This document shows, one piece after another, positions 17,943-27,580 of a stretch of DNA of 64,000 nt (position 1 is the first letter of the stretch; each line of letters opens with the position of its first letter). The notes under the pieces were generated by a model. The model was not told the DNA's origin, ran no database searches, and saw only the letters and a list, made by a program, of their open reading frames with translations. The DNA is from an uncultured Candidatus Saccharibacteria bacterium (GTDB lineage: Bacteria; Patescibacteriota; Minisyncoccia; Phycocordibacterales; Zambryskibacteraceae). A program made the translations under genes and the position numbers. The stretch covers positions 227,718 through 291,717 of the forward strand of contig CAYGIH010000001.1 in NCBI GenBank assembly GCA_964349945.1. The letters are read 5' to 3'.

Positions 17943-20183
17943 TTATATCACAATATTGACAATTTTGCCAGCAACAATGATAATTTTTTTAATCTTCTTG
18001 TGGTTGAGCCATTTTTTTACTTCTTTTTGCTCTAAAACCATTTTCTTCAATTCTTCGTCAAAAATGTCAATATGAACCTTTATAGTAGATCTTAATTTGC
18101 CATTTATTTGAATTCCCATGATTACTTCCCTGTTTGTGAGTTTATTTTCATCAAATTTTGGCCACTCTTTATCAAATATTGAAGTTGAATTATTTATTTG
18201 AAGATTAAGTTCCTCACAAACATGAGGAGCAAATGGTGCTAATAATGAAATTAAGATTTCATATTCTTTCTTTGAAATACTTTCTCGCTTTTCTAGTGTG
18301 TTTGCATAAATCATTAAACTAGAGATGGCTGTGTTAAAACCAACATTCTCTAAATCATCTGTAACCTTTTTAATAGTTTGATGCATTAATATCTCATGTT
18401 CAGAAATGATTTCAGCATTTCCTGAATCAATTTTATTTTTTAGTTTCCAGACTTTTTCTATAAATCTCCTTGGACCAACAAGTGAACTTTCATTCCAAGC
18501 AATCGCTTGTTCAAATGGACCCATAAACATCTCATACAAACGAAGAGTGTCGGCACCAAAGCGCCTTATGATGTCATCTGGGTTGATAACATTACCAATT
18601 GACTTACTCATCTTTTCCCCTCCTTCCCCTAATACTAGTCCATGAGATGTTCTTTTTTTATACGGTTCGCTAGTGGGCACCAAACCTATATCGAACAAAA
18701 ACTTATTCCAGAAACGAGAATACAAAAGGTGCAGTGTGGTGTGTTCCATACCTCCGTTATACCAATCCACAGGCATCCAATGCTCTAGTTTTTTCTTCGA
18801 AGCAAACATTGTGTCATTTCTAGGATCTGCATAACGCATAAAATACCAACTAGACCCAGCCCAGTTTGGCATAGTGTCTGTTTCTCTTTTTGCAGCACCT
18901 CCACAGCTTGGACAACTGGTATTTACCCAAGAATCTATGGCTGCGAGTGGTGACTCTCCATTGTCTGTAGGTTCATATTTAGCCACCTCCGGCAACAAAA
19001 CAGGTAAATCTTCCTCTGGTACTGGCACGTTGCCACATTTAAAACAGTGTATAACTGGAATAGGTTCTCCCCAATATCTTTGTCTACTAAAAACCCAATC
19101 TCTAAGTTTGAACCTTGTAACTTTCTGTCCAAAATCCTCAAACCCCGCTTCTTTGTAATCTTTTATAATCGGTAGTTTGTATTTCTTTGCAAATTCCATA
19201 TCTCTCTCATCATCTGCAGGCACTCCCATAATGGCGCCTGTGCCATAATCTGCTGAGACATAATTCACTACCCAAACTGGTATTTTTTCACCACTGGCAG
19301 GATTTGTTACTACGAGCCCAGTATCAACACCAACTTTTTCTTTGTTTTCCCTATCTGTATCAAGAACTACACCAAAATCATCTCCAATCAATTTCTTTGA
19401 AATTTCTGGAGCAATAGCAAGAAAAGTGGCACCAAAGATGGTGTCAGGACGAGTGGTAAAAACTTTTATTTCTTTATCACCATTAAAGACAATCTCCGCT
19501 CCTTCTGACTTGCCTATCCAATTCTTTTGACTTAACTTTACTCTCAGAGGAAAATCTACTGACTCCAAATCCTTGTCTAACCTATCTGCATATTTGGTTA
19601 TGGAGAGCATCCATTGCTCCTTCTCTTTCTTTTCAACCTTTGTACCACACCTCTCACAACAACCATTCACCACTTCTTCATTGGCCAAACCTATTTTATC
19701 TTTTGGACACCAATTGATGGCAATCTTGGCTTTATAAGCTAAATCATGTTTAAGGAATTGCAGGAACAACCACTGGGTCCACTTATAGTATTTTGGATCC
19801 GTTGTATTTATTTCCCTCGACCAATCAAACGAAAGACCAAGAGCTTTTAATTGTCTTCTAAAAACATCGGTATTTTCTTTAGTAACAATTTTTGGGTCTT
19901 TGCCTGTCTTGATGGCATAGTTTTCTGTGGGTAAACCGAAAGCATCCCAACCTATTGGGTAAAGGACGTTGTAGCCCTCCATACGACGTTTACGAGCTAG
20001 TGCGTCTAATGCTGTATAACTCCTTACATGGCCTACATGGAGACCATCTCCTGATGGATATGGAAACTCAACCAACACATAATATCTGGGCTTATTTGAG
20101 TTTTCTTCGGCTGTGCCTGATTTATCCTCTTCCCAAATTTTTTGCCATTTTGATTCTATTTGTTTTGGATCGTAATCCTGCAT
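17943..20183 (-). CDS. leuS: Leucyl-tRNA synthetase (compact, 746 aa)
   Basis: 'PYPSGDGLHVGHVRSYT' HIGH region, 'KMSKSIGN' KMSKS motif, CP1 editing domain. Confidence 0.95.
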   Translation of the reverse strand: MQDYDPKQIESKWQKIWEEDKSGTAEENSNKPRYYVLVEFPYPSGDGLHVGHVRSYTALDALARKRRMEGYNVLYPIGWDAFGLPTENYAIKTGKDPKIVTKENTDVFRRQLKALGLSFDWSREINTTDPKYYKWTQWLFLQFLKHDLAYKAKIAINWCPKDKIGLANEEVVNGCCERCGTKVEKKEKEQWMLSITKYADRLDKDLESVDFPLRVKLSQKNWIGKSEGAEIVFNGDKEIKVFTTRPDTIFGATFLAIAPEISKKLIGDDFGVVLDTDRENKEKVGVDTGLVVTNPASGEKIPVWVVNYVSADYGTGAIMGVPADDERDMEFAKKYKLPIIKDYKEAGFEDFGQKVTRFKLRDWVFSRQRYWGEPIPVIHCFKCGNVPVPEEDLPVLLPEVAKYEPTDNGESPLAAIDSWVNTSCPSCGGAAKRETDTMPNWAGSSWYFMRYADPRNDTMFASKKKLEHWMPVDWYNGGMEHTTLHLLYSRFWNKFLFDIGLVPTSEPYKKRTSHGLVLGEGGEKMSKSIGNVINPDDIIRRFGADTLRLYEMFMGPFEQAIAWNESSLVGPRRFIEKVWKLKNKIDSGNAEIISEHEILMHQTIKKVTDDLENVGFNTAISSLMIYANTLEKRESISKKEYEILISLLAPFAPHVCEELNLQINNSTSIFDKEWPKFDENKLTNREVIMGIQINGKLRSTIKVHIDIFDEELKKMVLEQKEVKKWLNHKKIKKIIIVAGKIVNIVI

Positions 20184-20713
20184 TAGATTGAATCTTTAAA
20201 TTTCCTTACAGCAATCCAAATAAGGATACCAAGAGCTATGGCAAGAATAATAACTTTGATTAGATTGTCTGCACTGGTCCAATATCGCACTGAAGCAATG
20301 ATGAAAGACAAAACACCTGCAATTGATAATGCTTGGCTAATAACTAAATTATTCTTTAGATAATTTCCTAACAAGACACAAAGTGCACCAAGAATAACTA
20401 GAGTAACAAAAACATTTCTATCATAATTCTTTCTTGCTGCATCATATTCTGCTCTACAAGTGAATTGAAGGTCACAATAACCACTGGCTTCCATCTTTTG
20501 TGGAGCATAGGCGGTGTTTTGGTTCCATTGACCACCCTTCGAGACACAGAGGTCTTTTGTGTTTGCTTCTACGACCTGAGCCGTATTAGGACAATAAACA
20601 TCATATGCAGGCTCTTTATAAACTAAAGAAAGAGCATAATTAAAAAACATATTAAGGACTATCACTATACCAATAATAACTGACCACTTAAGAATTTTTG
20701 ATTGATTATTCAT
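20183..20713 (-). CDS. Hypothetical small membrane protein with a Cys-containing exoplasmic loop
   Basis: Three predicted TM segments and a Cys-rich loop ('CPNT...CVSKGG...CDLQFTC'). Confidence 0.45.
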   Translation of the reverse strand: MNNQSKILKWSVIIGIVIVLNMFFNYALSLVYKEPAYDVYCPNTAQVVEANTKDLCVSKGGQWNQNTAYAPQKMEASGYCDLQFTCRAEYDAARKNYDRNVFVTLVILGALCVLLGNYLKNNLVISQALSIAGVLSFIIASVRYWTSADNLIKVIILAIALGILIWIAVRKFKDSI

Positions 20714-20737
20714 TAAGTGATTATAGCAATAATTTAA

Positions 20738-20763
20738 TGAAAAAGGACTAGCTGTGCTAGTCC
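20738..20763 (-). terminator. Intrinsic terminator on the minus strand (GGACTAGC-tgt-GCTAGTCC followed by a U-run)
   Basis: Perfect 8-bp stem; on the minus strand it is followed by TTTTTC. Lies downstream of ychF and the GC-rich small ORF. Confidence 0.6.
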
Positions 20764-20975
20764 TGCTTAATTATAGATTTTCTAGCTTTCAAATCTGCTA
20801 GAATTTGTTTTACTCTTGCTCGTTTACCAGCTCGGACAGCTTCTAGCTGTCTTTTTCCTAACCGACGCTTCATGCCAGCAGTAACTAGCCCTATTTCGTA
20901 ATCACACTCCCGAATCTCTTGCCGGAGACGACGAATTTCAGCATACGGACCAGTCCCACTTATTCCGGGTGTCAT
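20757..20975 (-). CDS. GC-rich small ORF (72 aa, very basic); coding status uncertain, could instead be a structured RNA
   Basis: Has a GGAG about 6 nt upstream and a terminator downstream. Codon and GC composition are atypical for this genome, and there is an internal perfect palindrome at 20835..20851. Confidence 0.25.
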   Translation of the reverse strand: MTPGISGTGPYAEIRRLRQEIRECDYEIGLVTAGMKRRLGKRQLEAVRAGKRARVKQILADLKARKSIIKQD

Positions 20976-21013
20976 AAATGCTCCAGTTAGGGTCTAGATG
21001 AAAGATTACTCCT

Positions 21014-21829
21014 TTATATTAGAAACTCAACCACATCACCATCCTTCATAATATATTCTTTGCCTTCAGTTCTAACCCAGCCCTTAGAGCGAGCAATGGC
21101 ATAAGAGCCGGCTTCTAGTAGTTTCTCATTCTCTATAACTTCAGCACGGATAAACTTCTCCTTAAAATCATTGTGGATTGCTCTCCCAGCCTCTGGAGCT
21201 GTTGAGTTTCTCTTGGTTGTCCAAGCCCTAGATTCCTTTTCTCCAGTAGTGAAAAAAGTTATTAGATCCAAAAGGTCATATCCTGCCTTTATAAGATTAT
21301 CTAAGCCAGTTCCAAAGATTGGGTCTATTTCTATGTAAGGTCCAGGAATCTTTGAAAGCACTTCTCTATGATTCTCAGTAACTTCTGAAGTATTTATCAC
21401 ATATAAGATCGGCTTCTTTATCCCAGCTGCTTCAAGCTCCATATTTATAATCTCTATATCAAAAAGTGGATCTACCTTGTCGTGCACATGAATAATATCC
21501 TTATCTTCAAAAATTCGAACTACCTGAATAATCGCATCAACTTCTCGAATATGAGAGAGAAATTTATTTCCAAGACCAGCACCTTCTGAAGCTCCTTTGA
21601 CTAATCCAGCGATGTCTACGAATTCTACAACAGCAGGAATGACATTTTTGGACTTACTCATCTCAGCTAATTTTGTAAGTCTTTCATCCGGCACAGGCAC
21701 GATACCCACAGATGGGTCTATGGTGCAAAAAGGATAATTCTCTGCAGGCACAGACTTCTTAGTCAAAGCATTGAAAAGCGTAGATTTCCCCACATTTGGT
21801 AACCCAACAATGCCGATTGATAATTTCAT
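21014..21829 (-). CDS. ychF: Ribosome-binding ATPase YchF (short, 271 aa)
   Basis: 'IGIVGLPNVGKSTLFNALT' P-loop; C-terminal TGS-like domain. Confidence 0.85.
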   Translation of the reverse strand: MKLSIGIVGLPNVGKSTLFNALTKKSVPAENYPFCTIDPSVGIVPVPDERLTKLAEMSKSKNVIPAVVEFVDIAGLVKGASEGAGLGNKFLSHIREVDAIIQVVRIFEDKDIIHVHDKVDPLFDIEIINMELEAAGIKKPILYVINTSEVTENHREVLSKIPGPYIEIDPIFGTGLDNLIKAGYDLLDLITFFTTGEKESRAWTTKRNSTAPEAGRAIHNDFKEKFIRAEVIENEKLLEAGSYAIARSKGWVRTEGKEYIMKDGDVVEFLI

Positions 21830-21831
21830 AC

Positions 21832-22803
21832 TTAATTAGAATTTATGGTTTCGTTGCTAAAACTATAAAAAGTAATATTTTTAAATATCTTACTTTTAGT
21901 TATATAACTGTTTAAACTATAAATTCCAAACAATATAACCAAAACAATTAATCCATTAGTAATTAAATAGGGATGTCTTTTGTCTGTTCTTATAAACAAT
22001 TTTAGGATCAGTGCAAGTAAAATAATGGAACCAAATATGACGAAAATTATATTAGCCACATGTCCAGGAGAAGTGACATATTGCATAAATATATTTGACT
22101 TTTGATTTCTTGGTTGAGAAACATCATTATTTATAACTGCTTCAGCTCCAAGGACTTTAACCTCATTTATTTGGGTGGTTGCGGGCTTGCTATTTGATAG
22201 AACTTTCGTAGTTGATACAACAGCAGTTTCTGTCATAGGCCTTGCATAAACTTGAGCGATAAAAATTGTTGGATGGCCCTCAAAGGTACCACTCACTACA
22301 CCCGTACCCATTTCTGTATAAACACCCTTCACTATATTTGCTCTGTGTGTTGGAGAATTCATCCAAGCCAAAGTTACATCTTTAGAATCAGTAAAATCTA
22401 CTGCAAGGTTCTCCCCAGCAAATAGATATTTATAGCCAACTTTATCAAACCAGTACCACGGTGCCTTTCCCTCAGGACTTGTATGAGCGAAGTACCCCTT
22501 CTCAGCCATATCTCTAGCTTTTAATTCTGCTACCTCATTTAAAACAGGATTTATTCTCAAAAGAGCCAAATGATTTTCTTGTCTATTTTGATTCGAAAGA
22601 TCACCTAATACCCCAGGTAAAACTGCAGCAAGGTAACCATTGTATATTGGTCCAATCGTTGGTATATAAGGTATTGCAAATACTCCTAATTCCAAAACAA
22701 AAATTACCAGAATGACAACCCGGATGTTTTTAGAACGTAAAAAATGAGGCTGATGATCGTTCCCTTCATGAGGTATGAAGTGCTTTTTGAGCCATTTAAA
22801 CAT
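21832..22803 (-). CDS. CAP/SCP/PR1-like (YkwD-type) domain protein with N- and C-terminal TM segments
   Basis: 'MNSPTHRANIVKGVYTEMGTGV' CAP signature. Hydrophobic N-terminus and C-terminus. Confidence 0.65.
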   Translation of the reverse strand: MFKWLKKHFIPHEGNDHQPHFLRSKNIRVVILVIFVLELGVFAIPYIPTIGPIYNGYLAAVLPGVLGDLSNQNRQENHLALLRINPVLNEVAELKARDMAEKGYFAHTSPEGKAPWYWFDKVGYKYLFAGENLAVDFTDSKDVTLAWMNSPTHRANIVKGVYTEMGTGVVSGTFEGHPTIFIAQVYARPMTETAVVSTTKVLSNSKPATTQINEVKVLGAEAVINNDVSQPRNQKSNIFMQYVTSPGHVANIIFVIFGSIILLALILKLFIRTDKRHPYLITNGLIVLVILFGIYSLNSYITKSKIFKNITFYSFSNETINSN

Positions 22804-22819
22804 TTAATGATTATAAATC

Positions 22820-22852
22820 AAAAACTCACCCAAGTCTATGGGTGAGTTTTTT
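22820..22852. terminator. Bidirectional intrinsic terminator (ACTCACCCA...TGGGTGAGT flanked by A- and T-runs)
   Basis: 9-bp stem with a T-run on the plus strand and a T-run on the minus strand. Downstream of the beta-helix protein gene. Confidence 0.6.
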
Positions 22853-22873
22853 AAATTATTAGTCTTTGTCTTT

Positions 22874-24925
22874 CTACTGCATAGAGTTAATTTCTGCTTG
22901 TAGCAATACAATCAATTGTCTAATCAAATCTCTCAATTGAACCTTGATTGATTCTATTTGCTGAGCAACAGCCGCAGCATTTTCTGTCTCCGCACCAAGG
23001 ACACGTCCTACGGCTACAGGAGAAGCTTGAGATGGAAGTGATGAAGCAATTCTATTCGCTCCACTGCGTCCACCTGACCTTACTTCTGAGATGGGATCTA
23101 GGTCGCCAAAGGTTGTGAAGTGATATGTCCAGATAATTGTATTTCCAGAATCAGCTACATAACATTCACCAGAAGTGATACCAGGGACTGTCGCACTTGT
23201 ACATTGTGTTGATATGAGATGCCACTCTATAGAGCCTGCTGGTTTATAACCAACTCTACCTGTGACACCCGGAAGTGTAATTTTCACCGCTTTGTCGAAA
23301 GTTAAAGTGAAAAGAGGAGAACCCATTTCAATGACCATATCACCTACTGAGAAACTTGCAGGAGCTGTTCCCGAAGTGCTCCCAACTGTTGGAGCAGACA
23401 TTACTCCATCCCAACCAGCAGCTGTGACTGTTGTGTCAGCGGGAATTTCTACCGTTGCTATACTCGAAGTAAGTGTAGTCTCGGGAATTAGTCCCGTGCC
23501 AGTGACGTCGTCAATAAGTGAATCATAATTTATAGTTGCTCCCACAACGCTACCCAATTCGATTGTAACTGGTGTAGTTGCAGTGACAACAACTTCTTTT
23601 TCTGTTTCAGTTACCGTAGCAGTGCCAGTTTCATCTGGAGTTGTCTGACCTACTGCAAGTAAACTAAATACTCTTGTATTTCCATTATCAACATGAGAAT
23701 ACTGGTGATTTGTATCAATAACTGAAACTGCCTTAGTAGTGTCATCTTCCCAAATAGCAGTAGATTCTGTGTGAGAGCTTGTGCCATTTACTGTTAATGT
23801 AGCAGGACCAACTACTCCATTCCCCAAGTCTACGTTAATACCTCCCCATGAGTTATTTGCAGTTGTAATGTTGTTTACTGTCACAATCGAACCATTAACT
23901 GTTATACCTGATTTGTTGTTATTTGACGAAGTAACAGTATCAAGAATCACATTATTTGCTACGTAAATATTAAACCCATGAATTCCGGTACTTCCGGTTC
24001 CATTTTCAACTAAATTCTTAATTGTTACATCACTACTAGTAATTGTCATGGCAGAATTTGAACCATTGGTTACATTTGCGAATAGTGTATGGCCCAAACC
24101 ATCTATTGTTAGGGCCTTGTTAACAACAATTTGTGACGTTGTCGTTATATCAGAACCCAGTAGAACTGTGGCACCAGCTGAACTGTCTTCCATTACGTCT
24201 AGAAATGCTGCTAAATTTGATGCCTTTGAATACGATAATTTGTAACCACCGTTCCAATTTGAATGAACATAATCATAGTAACTTCCTGTAAAAGAATTAT
24301 TTGTCGCAAGTGACTGTTCATTACTTAGAGTTATTGTTGAGGAAGTTGTGCCACCCATTCCAACTCTTGACATATCTATTTCCTCTGCAATTAGAATTGC
24401 AGTTGAAGACCAACCAGGAACAGTTGCTCCATAACCCACAAAAGCGTTTCCAGTCGTATTAAGATTTGGAGTTGCACTACCATATGGCCAGACAACCACG
24501 CCGTTTCCAACTCCACCTCCAGCTGCTACTGCATCAGGATTGGGCATCTCAAATCTACAATTTGTAATATTCGCTGATTTTGAAACAACATTTACTGCAT
24601 TCTTCAACGAATCACTTCCACCCCCCCGGTTGTATACATTAAGACCGTCTAATGTATCATTGTCACCCTTAAGATTAAAAGTTCCATAAATCTTATTTCC
24701 ACTTGTACCATTAATTGTCACATTAGAGGATGTTACCTCATAAAGCGTATACTCTGTTGTGCTTCCCAATATGCCATCAACAGTAATAATATCTCCAGAG
24801 ATTGCGCTTGAAAGCGCGGCTGTTAACTCTGTTGGTGTTGTTACAGTTGTAGCTGCATAAGCATTTGCTGTAAATACAAAAAACATTGCAAGAAAAGCAA
24901 TAGAAACAAATCTAAGATTTTTCAT
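22874..24925 (-). CDS. Secreted parallel beta-helix (pectate-lyase-fold) repeat surface protein with Thr/Ser-rich region and C-terminal coiled-coil tail
   Basis: Signal peptide 'MKNLRFVSIAFLAMFFVFTANAYA'. Repeated 'NxTIxNxxF/GN' beta-helix rungs. 683 aa; low-complexity T/S/G-rich stretch. Confidence 0.6.
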   Translation of the reverse strand: MKNLRFVSIAFLAMFFVFTANAYAATTVTTPTELTAALSSAISGDIITVDGILGSTTEYTLYEVTSSNVTINGTSGNKIYGTFNLKGDNDTLDGLNVYNRGGGSDSLKNAVNVVSKSANITNCRFEMPNPDAVAAGGGVGNGVVVWPYGSATPNLNTTGNAFVGYGATVPGWSSTAILIAEEIDMSRVGMGGTTSSTITLSNEQSLATNNSFTGSYYDYVHSNWNGGYKLSYSKASNLAAFLDVMEDSSAGATVLLGSDITTTSQIVVNKALTIDGLGHTLFANVTNGSNSAMTITSSDVTIKNLVENGTGSTGIHGFNIYVANNVILDTVTSSNNNKSGITVNGSIVTVNNITTANNSWGGINVDLGNGVVGPATLTVNGTSSHTESTAIWEDDTTKAVSVIDTNHQYSHVDNGNTRVFSLLAVGQTTPDETGTATVTETEKEVVVTATTPVTIELGSVVGATINYDSLIDDVTGTGLIPETTLTSSIATVEIPADTTVTAAGWDGVMSAPTVGSTSGTAPASFSVGDMVIEMGSPLFTLTFDKAVKITLPGVTGRVGYKPAGSIEWHLISTQCTSATVPGITSGECYVADSGNTIIWTYHFTTFGDLDPISEVRSGGRSGANRIASSLPSQASPVAVGRVLGAETENAAAVAQQIESIKVQLRDLIRQLIVLLQAEINSMQ

Positions 24926-25292
24926 TAAAATATGTTTAAAATGTAAGGCTTATTTAAGAGTTATCAGATATATGGCAAACGGGCACATCTGAAGCAACCT
25001 ACATAAGCAGAATAAGTTGTTGTTCTCGGTATACGCCTTAGAACAAGAGGTGTCAATGTAGACAAAGTGCTTAAACTGTGGAGAAACTGTTTACAAGATT
25101 AAACCCTAGAATTTGACTCATAATCCGGCTTTCGGATTACATGGCGCTGTTGCCAATCAGAAACAATGTAGTAGCAAGTATTACTCCAATTGCTATTGGA
25201 TTTTTGGCTGATTCTAATAGTAATTTCATATTGTTGTTATTAATTAACGATTTCTATAACAACAATGACGATATGGACTTTAATCCATTACA

Positions 25293-25970
25293 TTATTTCT
25301 TAAATTTATCCTTACTATCCAAAACTCTTATAACAGTACCCTTGAGTCTCTCAACTTTATCCAACTGATCATCGTTTTGACTATTTTCTGTCCCTTCCTT
25401 CCCTTCTTTAACCTTGGTTTTGATTTTGTCCCTAAAATCCTGTTTTATTTTCTCTGTTTTTTCCTCAACTGCAGAAACTGAATCCTCTGTAGAAGAAGCG
25501 GCAGTATTTATTGCTTCAGCAAATGCTTTGGAATTCTTCTCAAGATTAAAATTTAATTCTTCGGCTTTCTTGTCATCAAGCTTATTTTTGACCGCAAGGG
25601 ATTCTGCTTCTTCAATACGACGAATAACCTTTTCTTCTGTCCAAGCCAAATTTTCTTCTGTAGAAACATTAATCACTCCAATTAATGGTTCGATGGCTCT
25701 TATTTTCATAAAATACAAAACGTCTCCAGGTAATGATTCATCAGAAGCATAAACAACACCTCCACCAATCAATACAGTCACAAAAAAGCTCGCGAACATT
25801 GCCTGTCTTTGATTAGAAAGCACAAATGCGAACATCCGACTATGTTTCATATACGGAGACTTTATGGGTGTTGAGGAGAAGATTCTTTGGAGCATACTGG
25901 CTTTTTCTTCACTGCTCATATTGATTTTCTTTATTTCCTCTATTCCTTTTTTAAATTCTGTTTCATTCAT
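25293..25970 (-). CDS. Putative anti-sigma factor (single-TM membrane protein) cognate to the upstream ECF sigma
   Basis: The ECF sigma stop (25972) and this start (25970) are 1 bp apart, so the two are translationally coupled. TM helix 'FASFFVTVLIGGGVVYA' with cytoplasmic N-terminus. Confidence 0.55.
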   Translation of the reverse strand: MNETEFKKGIEEIKKINMSSEEKASMLQRIFSSTPIKSPYMKHSRMFAFVLSNQRQAMFASFFVTVLIGGGVVYASDESLPGDVLYFMKIRAIEPLIGVINVSTEENLAWTEEKVIRRIEEAESLAVKNKLDDKKAEELNFNLEKNSKAFAEAINTAASSTEDSVSAVEEKTEKIKQDFRDKIKTKVKEGKEGTENSQNDDQLDKVERLKGTVIRVLDSKDKFKK

Positions 25971-25971
25971 A

Positions 25972-26493
25972 TTATTGTTCTTTAATACCCATAAGCTTTC
26001 TCAAATCCTCTAACCCTCTATTGATTCGCACGGATACAGTACCCGCATTAATATTCAACATTAGTGCAATGTCCTTTGGTGGGAAACCTTCTATATAATT
26101 TAGATATATTACCTCTCTGTATAGTGGATTCATATTATTAAGTATTGTAAGTGCTTTCTTCGCATCAGAATGTATTTCAATATTTGAGAGGGCCTCTTCA
26201 TCTGGTACTTCAAACTTAATACCATCCTCTTCAGAAAGTGACTCTAATGAGATTGATTTGCTTTTTTTATACCAATCTATAATAAGATGTCTGACCACCA
26301 CAAAGAGATATGCTCGAGGGTTCTCTATGGCTTTACCAGATGAGACTGCGACCCAATAGCGAGTGAAGCTCTCGGCCACAATATCAAGCGCTTGCTCCCT
26401 GTCCGAAACCCTAAGTAAACAAAATCTAAAAAGAGAGCCACTTTCTCTATTATAGATTTCAGTAAAACGCTTTTTATCATCTTCTACTATCAT
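25972..26493 (-). CDS. ECF-type RNA polymerase sigma factor (sigma-70 regions 2 and 4)
   Basis: Region 2 'FTRYWVAV...AYLFVVVRHLIIDWYKK'; region 4 'YREVIYLNYIEGFPPKDIALMLNINAGTVSVRINRGLEDLRK'. Confidence 0.85.
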   Translation of the reverse strand: MIVEDDKKRFTEIYNRESGSLFRFCLLRVSDREQALDIVAESFTRYWVAVSSGKAIENPRAYLFVVVRHLIIDWYKKSKSISLESLSEEDGIKFEVPDEEALSNIEIHSDAKKALTILNNMNPLYREVIYLNYIEGFPPKDIALMLNINAGTVSVRINRGLEDLRKLMGIKEQ

Positions 26494-26500
26494 AACGATT

Positions 26501-26515
26501 AGGAAATTGTTTCCT
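26501..26515. promoter_or_regulatory. Perfect inverted repeat AGGAAA-ttg-TTTCCT in the divergent sigma / FN3-protein control region
   Basis: 6-bp arms with a 3-bp spacer, 8..22 nt upstream of the sigma start codon. A candidate operator or autoregulatory site. Confidence 0.35.
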
Positions 26516-26656
26516 TACAAAGAAACTATTCTAAACATTATGCTTTAAATTTTGTATTTGTCCATGAAAGACTTGCTCCAACTCACTCGTCTCTATTTAT
26601 AGCGGCGAATATTGACGCTGAGTAATTACTGAAAATTAATAATTAAATTAAAATGC

Positions 26657-27520
26657 ATGTCTAGTAAATTTTTAAAGAACTTCATGTTGGGTACAATGGT
26701 CACTCTCTTCGCAGTTACCCCGATGTTGTCGTACGCGAAGGATAAAGATAAGGAGAAGAACGAGAATTCACGTTCTAACTCTTCATCATGTATAAAGGCC
26801 TTTGGTCATCTCATCGCTCCTGGGTATATCAAAATAAAGGGGGAAGCAGATTTTAGACAGAGTTGTTTCTACCCTTTCGGTATAAACAAAAAAATTGGTG
26901 GTAATGCAAGCTCAACTCCTGACACACTAGCTCCAATCATTAGTAATGTTTCAATCTCACCAAAGATTACAACTGCCAATATTGTTTGGAAAACTAATGA
27001 GAGGTCAAATAGTACAGTTTTTTGGAGTTTATCTACTCCAGTGAATACTGTCAGTGCTTCATCCACGAGCCAAAACAAGCTTACCAAGGATCACAAGCTA
27101 AAGATAAGTGGGTTGGTTGCGGGCACTGCGTATCACTTCGTAGTTAGATCTACTGACGTTGCCGGCAATGTTTTCACTTCAAACGAAGGCACGTTTACTA
27201 CTAAAACTCCTGACTTGGATGCAGTCACTCCAATAATATCCAATGTTGCCTCTCTTGCTGGGTCTACTACAATAAATGTTAGTTGGAAGACAAACGAGCA
27301 ATCTTCATCTAAATTATTTTATTCGACCGTGAACCCACTTGTTATCTCTGCCAGCACCACGAACTTCGTTTCATCTGAATCACTTGTATTAAACCACGCC
27401 TTAGGTATTACTGGACTAGCCACTGGCACTCCATATAGCCTAGTAATTCAATCAAAAGATTCTGCTGGGAACATCACCACTTCTCCACAGTTTACGTCCA
27501 CTACTACTTCTGGATTATAG
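26657..27520 (+). CDS. Secreted protein with two tandem FN3-like repeats
   Basis: Signal peptide; internal duplication 'PIISNVSISPKITTANIVWKTNERSNSTVFWS' and 'PIISNVASLAGSTTINVSWKTNEQSSSKLFYS'. Divergent from the ECF sigma gene. Confidence 0.6.
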   Translation: MSSKFLKNFMLGTMVTLFAVTPMLSYAKDKDKEKNENSRSNSSSCIKAFGHLIAPGYIKIKGEADFRQSCFYPFGINKKIGGNASSTPDTLAPIISNVSISPKITTANIVWKTNERSNSTVFWSLSTPVNTVSASSTSQNKLTKDHKLKISGLVAGTAYHFVVRSTDVAGNVFTSNEGTFTTKTPDLDAVTPIISNVASLAGSTTINVSWKTNEQSSSKLFYSTVNPLVISASTTNFVSSESLVLNHALGITGLATGTPYSLVIQSKDSAGNITTSPQFTSTTTSGL

Positions 27521-27550
27521 GTATCTCCTATTGAATTCATGATCAACTAA

Positions 27551-27580
27551 AAACAGCGCTCCCGCGCTGTTTTTATTGTT
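27551..27580. terminator. Bidirectional intrinsic terminator (CAGCGC-tccc-GCGCTG with flanking T/A runs)
   Basis: GC stem followed by TTTTTATTGTTTTATTTT on the plus strand and by a T-run on the minus strand. Lies between convergent genes. Confidence 0.65.

Noticed and set aside
20821-20860. Possible SRP RNA helix-8 match (CTCTTGCTCGTTTACCAG resembling E. coli 4.5S CUCUGUUUACCAGG)
   Set aside because: Similarity stops after about 14 nt; no GNRA tetraloop or AGCAGCC follows. Kept only as a note within the GC-island finding.
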